From the IMG/VR virus record IMGVR_UViG_3300037071_001344, positions 1 to 25,930 of that record: a stretch of 25,930 bases of DNA, one strand, 5' to 3'. This document shows positions 17,493-25,273 of this stretch, in pieces. Within the stretch, counting starts at the first letter, position 1. Each line of letters begins with the position of its first letter. The stretch comes from a virus. Its lineage: Duplodnaviria; Caudoviricetes. Made by a program: the position numbers and the translations under genes. The notes beneath the pieces are model-generated. The model saw only the letters and a list, made by a program, of their open reading frames with translations. It was not told the origin of the DNA and did not search any database.

Positions 17493-17776
17493 GCGCTTAT
17501 CAAAAGGGTCAGTCGGTCAGGCTGGCCGTCGCGTTCACGGACGCCAACGGGACGGCTTCCAACCCGACGACCGTTACCTGTGAGGTCGAGGAGCCGGACG
17601 GGACGGAGACCACGTACACCACGCCGACCATCACCAACCCGTCGACCGGCACCTTTCAGCTGATCGTGGTGCCCGATCAGAGCGGCATGTACTCCTACCG
17701 CTGGGAAGGCACCACCGGGACCAGCGTTGCCGTCGACGAGGATCAGTTCCACGTGCTCGGATCGGTCTTCCCATGA
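17489..17776 (+). CDS. Ig-like/BppU-like small structural protein
   Basis: GQSVRLAVAFTD...V..PDG...TG.F...PDQSGMYSYRWEG. Confidence 0.6.
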   Translation: MSAYQKGQSVRLAVAFTDANGTASNPTTVTCEVEEPDGTETTYTTPTITNPSTGTFQLIVVPDQSGMYSYRWEGTTGTSVAVDEDQFHVLGSVFP

Positions 17777-18210
17777 GCGATGACGACATCTGGCGAGAGG
17801 ACGCACGCACTGACCGGGCCGTCGAGCTTACGATGCTTGGTCGGGCAAAGACTGATGCGGACGGCGAGGTCGTCGCCCGCCATCGGTACAGCCGATCGCT
17901 GAAGCATGCCATCGTCGAGGCGACCTGGAACATCGACCCGTGGGGTAAGCGATCGTTCACATTGAGGCGTGAAGATCGTGGCGGTATCTGGGTCATGATC
18001 TGCGAGATCGAGGGGCAGCAGGATTGGGAGCAATACGGCGAGTGTCGGTCAGATGAAGATGCTTACGACCATTCGGCGCTCGCGATCTGTCGGGCCTTGC
18101 TGGATTTCGGCGCCGAGGACGATAAGACCATGACGCCCGATCAGGTCATAGCGATGCTTGAAGAACAGCGGCGCCGATGGACGGACTTGCTACGGGTGAA
18201 GCGCGCATGA
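17773..18210 (+). CDS. Hypothetical protein
   Basis: ATGA overlaps at both ends. Confidence 0.55.
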   Translation: MSDDDIWREDARTDRAVELTMLGRAKTDADGEVVARHRYSRSLKHAIVEATWNIDPWGKRSFTLRREDRGGIWVMICEIEGQQDWEQYGECRSDEDAYDHSALAICRALLDFGAEDDKTMTPDQVIAMLEEQRRRWTDLLRVKRA

Positions 18211-18836
18211 GACCGCTGGTCTCCGTGGTAACGCCGACCTGGCAACGGCCGGAGCTGCTGGCCGAGACGATCCGCCACCTTCGGGAGCAGGACTACCGCC
18301 CCTTCGAGCACATCGTCATCAGCGACGGCCTCGACCTCAAGGCCGCCGTCGTTGTCGATGATGCACGGCCAGACTCCGATGCGCTCAGCGCGCTCGAATG
18401 GATCGAACTCGGACGGAACTGGTCCGGGCTGATGCCGTCGTCGTTCGGCATAGCTCCGCTCCTGGTCGGCTACCTCGCCGCCGGCGGCGAGTACATCATG
18501 AACTGGTCGGACGACGACCGCGCCCTGACCCAGAGCCACATCAGCCGCCTCGTCGATCTCCTGGAATCCAGCGGCGCCGACTTCGTCTACCCTCGGGTCC
18601 GCATCTGGCGGAACGGCAACCCGGCCGGCCCGGAGACGAAGACGATCGGCACCGACCCGCCCCAGCACTCGCAGATCACGCACATGCTATTCCGAGCGTC
18701 CTGCCTGCACCGCTTTGGGATGCCGCGCTGGGGCACGCACCCGGTTGACTGGTCGCTGGTCGACGACTGGATGAAGGCGGGTGCTACCTGGGCAATGCTC
18801 GACGAATGCACGTTCTCTCACAGGTTGGATCAATGA
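18207..18836 (+). CDS. Glycosyltransferase family 2 (GT-A)
   Basis: LVSVVTPTWQR, EHIVISDG, GEYI..SDDD, DW. Confidence 0.88.
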   Translation: MRPLVSVVTPTWQRPELLAETIRHLREQDYRPFEHIVISDGLDLKAAVVVDDARPDSDALSALEWIELGRNWSGLMPSSFGIAPLLVGYLAAGGEYIMNWSDDDRALTQSHISRLVDLLESSGADFVYPRVRIWRNGNPAGPETKTIGTDPPQHSQITHMLFRASCLHRFGMPRWGTHPVDWSLVDDWMKAGATWAMLDECTFSHRLDQ

Positions 18837-19048
18837 GCGAGATGGGACGCTGCCGCGATTGCCGCTGGTGGGAAGACTCCGTGCAAGCGGAGGACAGCGG
18901 TAAGCGATTCTGTGGACTGGCTACCAGTGACGATGGCAGGGCTCTGCATGCGGGGACACCGTTCTGGGCAGTAGCAACAGATGGCGGCGAGGCGGTCGTG
19001 TTCACCAGCGCCGACTTCGGCTGCACCGAGTTTGAGGCGAAAGAGTGA
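18833..19048 (+). CDS. Small Cys-rich protein
   Basis: CRDCRWW...C...FGCTEFE. Confidence 0.6.
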   Translation: MSEMGRCRDCRWWEDSVQAEDSGKRFCGLATSDDGRALHAGTPFWAVATDGGEAVVFTSADFGCTEFEAKE

Positions 19049-19167
19049 GGACGGTTGTGCTGGCCTGCCTGCTGGCCGTGCTGTTCCAGATGGTCGGCCG
19101 GCGCTTCTGGCGCTGGTGGAGCTTCGGCAGTGAACTGCCGGCCGATCTTGTGCGGAGGTCTCAGTGA
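19045..19167 (+). CDS. 40-aa membrane peptide
   Basis: GTGA overlaps at both ends; MRTVVLACLLAVLFQMVGRRFWRWW. Confidence 0.45.
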   Translation: MRTVVLACLLAVLFQMVGRRFWRWWSFGSELPADLVRRSQ

Positions 19168-19754
19168 GTGCTGACCTGACCGTGGTTATCCCAACACAGG
19201 GCCGGGCGACGCTGCCGACGTGCCTGGAGTCGATGCGTCCGCTTCGGCAAGGCGACGTGCCGGCCCAGATCCTTGTGGTGGCCGATACCCACTCGCCGCT
19301 CCTGATGGACGTACAGGCGCTCTGCCGTGAGGAACGGGTCACCTACCTGGAGCTCGACGCCGGCTGGCACGATTGGGGCTACCCGCAGCTCCAGTATGGC
19401 TACGATCTGGCCCTCGGTGATTACATCATGAACATCGGCGACGACGACGTCTACACCGAAGGCGCCTTCGAGGTCATCAGGTCGGCCATCGCCGGGCTGC
19501 CGTCTCGCCGGCCGTTGCTGTTCCGCTCGCTGATGCACCCGAGCGTCAGCCGTCCGTGTGGCGATCCGCTCCTGCTCTGGCGGCTGCGCAACCAACTGAT
19601 ACGCGGGACCGTGACCGGTCAGAACCTCGTCGCCCCGAACGTGCCGGCCAAGCTGGGCACCTGGGTTGACGACTTCATCCACCTGGAGCAGACGGTGAAC
19701 CTGTGGGATGGACTGGTGGAGTGGCGTGACGAGGTCATAGCCAAGTGTTTTTAG
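19164..19754 (+). CDS. Glycosyltransferase family 2 (GT-A)
   Basis: LTVVIPT.GR, ILVVAD, ALGDYIMNIGDDD. Confidence 0.85.
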   Translation: MSADLTVVIPTQGRATLPTCLESMRPLRQGDVPAQILVVADTHSPLLMDVQALCREERVTYLELDAGWHDWGYPQLQYGYDLALGDYIMNIGDDDVYTEGAFEVIRSAIAGLPSRRPLLFRSLMHPSVSRPCGDPLLLWRLRNQLIRGTVTGQNLVAPNVPAKLGTWVDDFIHLEQTVNLWDGLVEWRDEVIAKCF

Positions 19755-20038
19755 AGGAACGGACACCGGATGGGCATATTCAAGTCTGGTTGCTGTACCG
19801 GCCGGAGCCGTTCGCGCCGTGGTCGGATGACGACCGCAGTATCCACCTCTGGGTCAGGCGTGCCGACGTCTTCACGAGCCGCGTTGTGGCTATCGCGTTC
19901 TTGGACAACCTGCTGGGCTATCAGGTGACCTGGCAGCCGTACAACGAGGCGTTTCCAGAACTGTGGATCGGCTGGGCCCGGGGCGACCGCTGGCTGCTCT
20001 GTCCGGCGCCGGTCGATCCGCCAGGAGGGAAGCTGTGA
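19745..20038 (+). CDS. Hypothetical protein
   Basis: Fills the gap; GTGA overlap with the next gene; start uncertain. Confidence 0.5.
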   Translation: MFLEERTPDGHIQVWLLYRPEPFAPWSDDDRSIHLWVRRADVFTSRVVAIAFLDNLLGYQVTWQPYNEAFPELWIGWARGDRWLLCPAPVDPPGGKL

Positions 20039-20682
20039 GGAAGCTCGTCTCCGTCGTGACCGGAACCTACCAGCGCGTCGACCTCCTGCTGGAGGCGATC
20101 CAGAACGTCCGCGCTCAGACGTACCGGCCGCTGGAGCACGTCATCGTCGCTGACGGCCCAGACTCGGAGCTGAGTTTCATGTTCGGTATGGAGGATGAGC
20201 ACCGCTGGGCCGACGATGGCATGGAAGACCCGCGCTGGGTGCCGATCCGCTTCGCCGAGCTGGGCTTCTGGTCGTCCGGCCTGCTTACCAATAGCATCAG
20301 CGCGGCGCCGTTCATGGTCGCGCAACTCCTTGCTCGTGGCGAGTATCAGATCACGATGTCGGATGACGAGCGCTTCCTCGACCCGGACGCGATCGCGAAG
20401 CTCGTAGACAACCTCGAAGCCTATGAGGCTGACTTCGCCTACTCGCAGGCCGAGATCACCTTCGCATGGAACAACCCGTCGTATGTCATCGGGACCGATC
20501 CGCCGCAGTCCGGGCAGATCACACAGTTTCTCTACAAGCGCGAGATGCTCGACAAAGGCATGCTGTTCCGGGTGCAGATCGGGAACGCGACCGACTGGGA
20601 CGCGGTCAGTCGCACGATGGCGAGCGGCGGCCAGTGGGCATTCGTCCCCGAGGTTCTGGTGACACATCGTGCTGATAAGTAG
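20035..20682 (+). CDS. Glycosyltransferase family 2 (paralog of 18207-18836)
   Basis: LVSVVTGTYQR, EHVIVADG, ARGEY..SDDE, IGTDPPQ, DW. Confidence 0.88.
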   Translation: MRKLVSVVTGTYQRVDLLLEAIQNVRAQTYRPLEHVIVADGPDSELSFMFGMEDEHRWADDGMEDPRWVPIRFAELGFWSSGLLTNSISAAPFMVAQLLARGEYQITMSDDERFLDPDAIAKLVDNLEAYEADFAYSQAEITFAWNNPSYVIGTDPPQSGQITQFLYKREMLDKGMLFRVQIGNATDWDAVSRTMASGGQWAFVPEVLVTHRADK

Positions 20683-20801
20683 GAGGCGACGGTGCCTCAT
20701 CCCGATCGCTCGCCGGTTGCGGCGGCACGACATCGTGCGGTTCTGTCCCTTCACGTACCGCCTCGGCCTCCTGGGTGGCCTGAGAGAGAGGATGGCAGTC
20801 C

Positions 20802-20996
20802 GTGGCTGACCGACTGAAAGATGCGCCCGTCATCGTCTCGTGCGGATCGTGCGGCTACTTGTTCGGGATGCTCGGCGATCTCGGCCAGAAGGCCCTGATC
20901 GACTACCACTACCAGACCTGTACCGACTACCTGAACGGCGAGGGGCTCAAGAAAGGGCGGCCGATTGCCTACCACTTCGAGGACGATGATGCCTGA
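20802..20996 (+). CDS. Small Zn-binding hypothetical protein
   Basis: CGSC...HYQTC; GAGGA RBS. Confidence 0.5.
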   Translation: MADRLKDAPVIVSCGSCGYLFGMLGDLGQKALIDYHYQTCTDYLNGEGLKKGRPIAYHFEDDDA

Positions 20997-22092
20997 CCGA
21001 CTGACCGGGCCGTCCATCCTCGCGCTCGTTGGCCGGCAGCAGACCGGCCCCGATCTCTGGCGCGTGCTCCAGCCGATCACGGCACTGGAAAAGCAGAACT
21101 ACCCGGCGGGCTGGGATTTCAAGGATGCCGACCTGCTGGGACTGGTTGCCGCTGCTGCCGAGGCGATCCTGATGCCGCGTATGGAGTGGCCGCCCGAGTA
21201 CCGGCGAGTCGCCGAGGCGTGGTTCGCCGACAACCGCGCGAAGGGCAAGACGACGATCTACGATGCCGACGACGACATCTTCACGGCAGCAGAGACCCAA
21301 CGCCGGGTCGAGCTGGGCTGGATGGAGGGCCACACCTACGAGCAGCTGGAGGCGTCGCGCTTCGAGCGGATCTGGGCCATGCAGCAGTGTGACGGCGTGA
21401 CGGTCAGCACCCAGAGGCTAGCCACCATCGTCCGCAGCTTCACCACGAAGCCCGTCATCGTCGTTCCCAACGCGATAGACCTCGCCTGGTTCAAAGGCGT
21501 TGTACGGGCCACCAGCCGCCAGATCCCGGGCCTCACGATCGGCTGGGCCGGCGGCCGGCGCCACGACCGCGACGTGGAGATGATGGCCGAGGCCTGGGGA
21601 CGGATCGCGCGACGCTACCCGGCCGTCCGCTTCGTCGTGCAGGGCCATGTGCCGCCGGTCATCCTGGAGAACGTCGACCGCGACCGGCTGGCTATCCTGC
21701 CGTGGATGCGCCTGGAGGAATACCCCTATGGCATCCGACAGATCGACATCGGCTGCTGTGCTGTCGCGGACACGCCGTTCAATCGCCCGAAGTCGAACAT
21801 CAAAGCGATGGAGTACGCAGCCGCCGGCGCCGCAGTCGTCGCGTCCCCGACCCTCTACGCCGGATTGGTGGACCACGGTTACAGCGGATTCATTGCTGAG
21901 TCAGCCGTGGAGTGGGACGATAGCCTGTCGCAGCTCGTGGAGAGCAACGCTACCCGGCGGATGATGGCGACGCGGTTGCTCCGGGCGGTCGAGAAGCGAC
22001 ACTCGCTGGCCGGCAACCTGTGGAGATGGCCGGCGGCATGGTCGACGATAGCCGAGAGTGCGAAGGTGCGCGGTGGCCTCATCCTGGCGTGA
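20986..22092 (+). CDS. Glycosyltransferase, GT-B fold (GT4-like)
   Basis: YDADDD, VTVST..L, VVPNAID, IGWAG, FN..KSNIKAMEY, VVASP. Confidence 0.88.
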   Translation: MMPDRLTGPSILALVGRQQTGPDLWRVLQPITALEKQNYPAGWDFKDADLLGLVAAAAEAILMPRMEWPPEYRRVAEAWFADNRAKGKTTIYDADDDIFTAAETQRRVELGWMEGHTYEQLEASRFERIWAMQQCDGVTVSTQRLATIVRSFTTKPVIVVPNAIDLAWFKGVVRATSRQIPGLTIGWAGGRRHDRDVEMMAEAWGRIARRYPAVRFVVQGHVPPVILENVDRDRLAILPWMRLEEYPYGIRQIDIGCCAVADTPFNRPKSNIKAMEYAAAGAAVVASPTLYAGLVDHGYSGFIAESAVEWDDSLSQLVESNATRRMMATRLLRAVEKRHSLAGNLWRWPAAWSTIAESAKVRGGLILA

Positions 22093-22108
22093 ACCTAACC
22101 CGCCCCGC

Positions 22109-22249
22109 ATGCAGGAGTACCGCTGCCGCGATTGCGGGCGCCTCCTGTTCAAAGCGGATGGCAAGGGCCGCGTTGAGGTCGTCTGCGCTGACCGGCGATG
22201 CCGCCGCATGCAGACGAAGACGCTCGACCAAGGGGGCCGAAGTGGCTGA
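22109..22249 (+). CDS. Mu Com-like zinc-finger protein
   Basis: EYRCRDCGRLLFK...VEVVC..RC pattern of the Com family. Confidence 0.75.
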   Translation: MQEYRCRDCGRLLFKADGKGRVEVVCADRRCRRMQTKTLDQGGRSG

Positions 22250-22529
22250 AGATCACCACTGCTCATGCTGTATGCACACTGTTTTTGATGGGATGGCGGC
22301 CGCCTTGCATCGGGCGGCGGAATCGAACCGCGAATGGGAGACACGCTTTGGCGAGCGATGCAGGAGCATCGCCGCGACGTATGACATCGCGCCGGAAGAG
22401 GTGGCCAGGATCATTGGGGAGGCCGTCGTGCAACGCCACATCGAGAATGGCGGGGAAATGCTGGCGGTTGCGGATGTGATCGAGGGGGCCAGCAAGGCGA
22501 CGACTATCGATCCGCCGTCTTCTCGGTAG
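22242..22529 (+). CDS. Hypothetical protein
   Basis: AGGGGG RBS, GTG start overlapping the com-like gene. Confidence 0.5.
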   Translation: MAEDHHCSCCMHTVFDGMAAALHRAAESNREWETRFGERCRSIAATYDIAPEEVARIIGEAVVQRHIENGGEMLAVADVIEGASKATTIDPPSSR

Positions 22530-22665
22530 CTCGCTGGCCGGCGTACTGACGCAGGGCGTGCAGGATCAAGCTGTGGAGCGACCGATCATCCTCCTGAGCT
22601 AGGCGCTTGAGGATGTCGCGAAGGTCGGCCGGTAGTCTCAGAGTCATCGGTGTGCGCTCCTGCAT
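22504..22665 (-). CDS. Arc-like ribbon-helix-helix repressor
   Basis: MTLRLPADLRDILKRLAQEDDRSLHSLILHALRQY. Confidence 0.85.
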   Translation of the reverse strand: MQERTPMTLRLPADLRDILKRLAQEDDRSLHSLILHALRQYAGQRATEKTADR

Positions 22666-22678
22666 GGGATCAATCGTA

Positions 22679-22736
22679 CACCAGACTGGTATCAGGTATC
22701 TGTCTGGTGGTAAGATGATACCACTTAGATGTCTGG
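22679..22736. promoter_or_regulatory. Divergent promoter/operator with interleaved inverted repeats
   Basis: CACCAGAC/GTCTGGTG (22679-86, 22702-09) and TGGTATCA/TGATACCA (22687-94, 22716-23) around TGGTAAGAT (extended -10-like). Confidence 0.65.
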
Positions 22737-22743
22737 AGGGAAG

Positions 22744-23298
22744 ATGCCGGAACAGGACAAGCAACCCAGCGCCCGAGCCCGTCTTCGTGCATGGATTCGT
22801 CAGCAGGTTGCCGGCAAGTCAGAGGTCAGCCTGCCCGATCTCGCCGAGCGCGCCGTCAAGTGGGTGAGGCAGGACAAGGCGCTTGAGAGGGCGATGCTGG
22901 AGGAGTTGTTGAGCGCGCTGGTCTACGAGGAATCGCGGCTCGTCCTGGCCGATTCCAGGAAGGCGCCCAGGGGAGCCGGCGAAACACTGGTTCAGATGGG
23001 CGACCAGATCGTCAGCCGAGGCGCCCTCAAGAGCAGGGCCGCTGCGATGGAGCGCTTCTGGAGTCGCGCTAGAGAGCACGCCGGCTCCCGACACGTCCTC
23101 GTGCTGGACATGACCGAAGACGACTTGGCGCTGGCCGAGGCCGAGCGCCGCAAGCGCGGCGATACCGAATACGAGTTCGCCGACCTCTGGGCCATGCTGC
23201 GCAAGCGTCTGGAGAAGGGGCAGCGCGTCCGCGATGTCTGGTCCGTCGAAGAGATCGAGGCTGCCCGCCAGTCGATCAAAGCCGCACGGGCTGCCTGA
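22744..23298 (+). CDS. Uncharacterised 184-aa helical protein upstream of the pentamer array
   Basis: GGAGGG RBS; stop codon abuts the array leader. Confidence 0.75.
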   Translation: MPEQDKQPSARARLRAWIRQQVAGKSEVSLPDLAERAVKWVRQDKALERAMLEELLSALVYEESRLVLADSRKAPRGAGETLVQMGDQIVSRGALKSRAAAMERFWSRAREHAGSRHVLVLDMTEDDLALAEAERRKRGDTEYEFADLWAMLRKRLEKGQRVRDVWSVEEIEAARQSIKAARAA

Positions 23299-23338
23299 CC
23301 GTGGTCTCGTTCACTACCCGGGTTACTTCCCGGTATTC

Positions 23339-23683
23339 GACAAGTCGCGTCTTCTCATGCCACGTCCCTGCATTTCGCACCGACATCCCATGTCTCGGCC
23401 CGCCTATGCTTGCCGCGCCGACAAACCTGGCCCCCTCTCGTCAAGCCCGACCCCGCTCGCCCCTCGCCTCGCCGACATCCCACGCCGCGCCCGCTCAGCA
23501 CTCGACGTGCCGCGTCAAGTCTCACCGACTTACCTATCCGCGCCTCGCCGTGTCCCACCGTCCCGGGCCGTGCCTCGTCACGCCATGCCGAACCGACATC
23601 CCGTCTCATACCCGCCTACATCACCCCTGGTCCCACCGACGTACCCGCCCCAACCGCGTCTCGTCCCGCCAGCCCTGATCGAC
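23339..23683. repeat. Pentamer-periodic array (7 units delimited by GAC); candidate guide ncRNA
   Basis: GAC at 23339, 23382, 23420, 23474, 23527, 23595, 23638 and 23681; intervals of 40, 35, 51, 50, 65, 40 and 40 nt parse into NN-NYC pentamers. Confidence 0.85.
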
Positions 23684-23700
23684 AACCACTGGAGGAACAC

Positions 23701-24456
23701 ATGGGAATCTTCGACACCGACACGTTCACGACCTATCACGCCCGCATCGTCTTTCGGGACCGCCTGATGGGCGGCATCCCGATGAACCCGAAGATCATCG
23801 AAGGCTGGCTTCGCTCGAAGGCTGGCATCGAAGCTGAGGAGGAGATCCGCCGCGCCATGCTCCGCACGCTACTGGAGCTGGGCGCCGACGTCTCGCCAGA
23901 CATGACCTTCGAGGAATTGGAGCGGGCTTCCGAGGGACTGGCCGCACAGCGCCAGACCAACGGTTTCAAGGTTGACGAAGGCGGTCTCTACATCGAGAGC
24001 CGCCAAGTCAAAGCGATGCTCAAGGAATCGGCCAACATTCTCTATCCGTACACCGGCCCGAAGTGGGGAATGGTCCAGAAGACTACGACGAAGAAAGGCG
24101 TAACCGAGACTAGAGACACCGGCGGGAAGAGCGCCAAGAGCTTCATCGCGGAGCGCGTCTTCGTCTCGCCCGATCGTCTCCACGTTGGCAGGCCGGACCC
24201 GGACGGGATTGAATTGTTCATCGGACATGTGACCGGCCCGTCCGGGCCGCAGTCGACTCTGACGTATCACCAGTACGTCGAGCGCGCGGTGATCGAGTTC
24301 GATGTGATGGTTTGCCGTAACGAGGTCAAGGCCGAACACTGGCCGGAGATCTGGGTGCATGCCCAGGAGAACGGCATCGGCGCGCTGCGCTCGCAGGGAT
24401 TCGGGCGGTTCGACATCGAGCAGTGGGAGCGCTCCCCTCTTGCGCTAACCGCCTAA
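23701..24456 (+). CDS. Stand-alone Cas7/Csm3-like RAMP protein
   Basis: N-terminal strand YHARIVFRDRLMGG, LYIESRQVKAMLKESA helix, C-terminal G-rich loop GIGALRSQGFGRF; GGAGG RBS at 23691. Confidence 0.8.
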   Translation: MGIFDTDTFTTYHARIVFRDRLMGGIPMNPKIIEGWLRSKAGIEAEEEIRRAMLRTLLELGADVSPDMTFEELERASEGLAAQRQTNGFKVDEGGLYIESRQVKAMLKESANILYPYTGPKWGMVQKTTTKKGVTETRDTGGKSAKSFIAERVFVSPDRLHVGRPDPDGIELFIGHVTGPSGPQSTLTYHQYVERAVIEFDVMVCRNEVKAEHWPEIWVHAQENGIGALRSQGFGRFDIEQWERSPLALTA

Positions 24457-24490
24457 CGGGCGCATACTAGACACAACTGAATCAGCTCTC

Positions 24491-24537
24491 GGGCTCCGAG
24501 CCCCTACCAGTTGCGCACAGCGACGGGAAGGGGCTCG
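24491..24537 (+). promoter_or_regulatory. Leader hairpin sequestering the protease RBS
   Basis: CGAGCCCCT (24497-24505) pairs with AGGGGCTCG (24529-24537); inner stem GTTGC/GCGAC. Confidence 0.6.
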
Positions 24538-24541
24538 TTGC

Positions 24542-25273
24542 ATGTTGGAATACAAGTCAGTCGCCTTCCGAGTAAAGGAAATCGTCGACTTGGCCGGCGG
24601 CGGTTGGGAAGTCGGCGGGTACGCGAGCACGTTCGGAGGCACCCCCGACTCATATGGGGATGTTGTCGCCAAAGGTGCATTCCTCGATTCGATTGCCGTC
24701 CGGCCGACGAAGTTCCTGTATGAGCACTTCGAGCCGATCGGCAAGCAACTTGAGATCCGAGAGGATGACGACGGCCTCTTCGGACGCTGGTCGATCACAA
24801 ACACCCGCGCCGGCGAGGATGCCTACAAGCTGATCAAGAGTGGCGTCCTCGACTCGCTCTCGATCGGGTATTTCACCGTTGAGGCCGAGTTCCGCGAGGA
24901 CGGCATCCGGGTGCTACGCAAGGTCGATCTCTTCGAGGTCTCCTGTGTGGCGATCCCGGCAAATCAGCGGGCAACGATCACCGACGTCAAGTCGCTCGGC
25001 CGTCCATTCGAGCAGCACTCCGAGACCGTCAAGGCGGTTATCGGCGAGTGGCTCTCGCGCGTGAAGTCTGGGTCAGACATCCGCGCTACCGATGGCCGGG
25101 CTCTCTCCGAGGCGCGCAAAGCCTTGATTGCTGCCATGAGCGGGTCGCTCCGAAGTGCAGCCGATGAGGTCGACGCGCTGCTCGTGCCGCCTGATCCGCC
25201 CGAGGTTATCAACGTCGGCGCGGAGCTACGCCGCCGGCGCTATCAGAGCGCCGGCCTGGAGCGACCCGCATGA
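24542..25273 (+). CDS. HK97-family prohead protease
   Basis: GYASTF, DSYGDVV..GAF, YEH..PIG, EDDDGL, LSIGY, LFEVSCVAIPAN. Confidence 0.95.
   Translation: MLEYKSVAFRVKEIVDLAGGGWEVGGYASTFGGTPDSYGDVVAKGAFLDSIAVRPTKFLYEHFEPIGKQLEIREDDDGLFGRWSITNTRAGEDAYKLIKSGVLDSLSIGYFTVEAEFREDGIRVLRKVDLFEVSCVAIPANQRATITDVKSLGRPFEQHSETVKAVIGEWLSRVKSGSDIRATDGRALSEARKALIAAMSGSLRSAADEVDALLVPPDPPEVINVGAELRRRRYQSAGLERPA

Noticed and set aside
20669-20809. Possible 46-aa basic ORF between the GT2 and the Zn-binding ORF
   Set aside because: It fills the gap but has no convincing RBS or motif, so it is not supportable
22670-22700. Possible gapped self-target of array unit 5 in the cassette promoter (TC.AT.GT)
   Set aside because: Only three dinucleotides match in phase, which is chance level; I could not search the window exhaustively
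23339-23683. Canonical CRISPR array
   Set aside because: No 20-45 nt direct repeat; the longest recurring element is 10 nt and unit lengths vary from 35 to 65 nt
23234-23767. Pro/Arg/Ser-rich ORFs across the array, including the 97-aa N-terminal extension of 23410-24456
   Set aside because: The C-rich periodic sequence lacks stops by composition, the period is 5 rather than 3, and a strong GGAGG RBS supports a start at 23701
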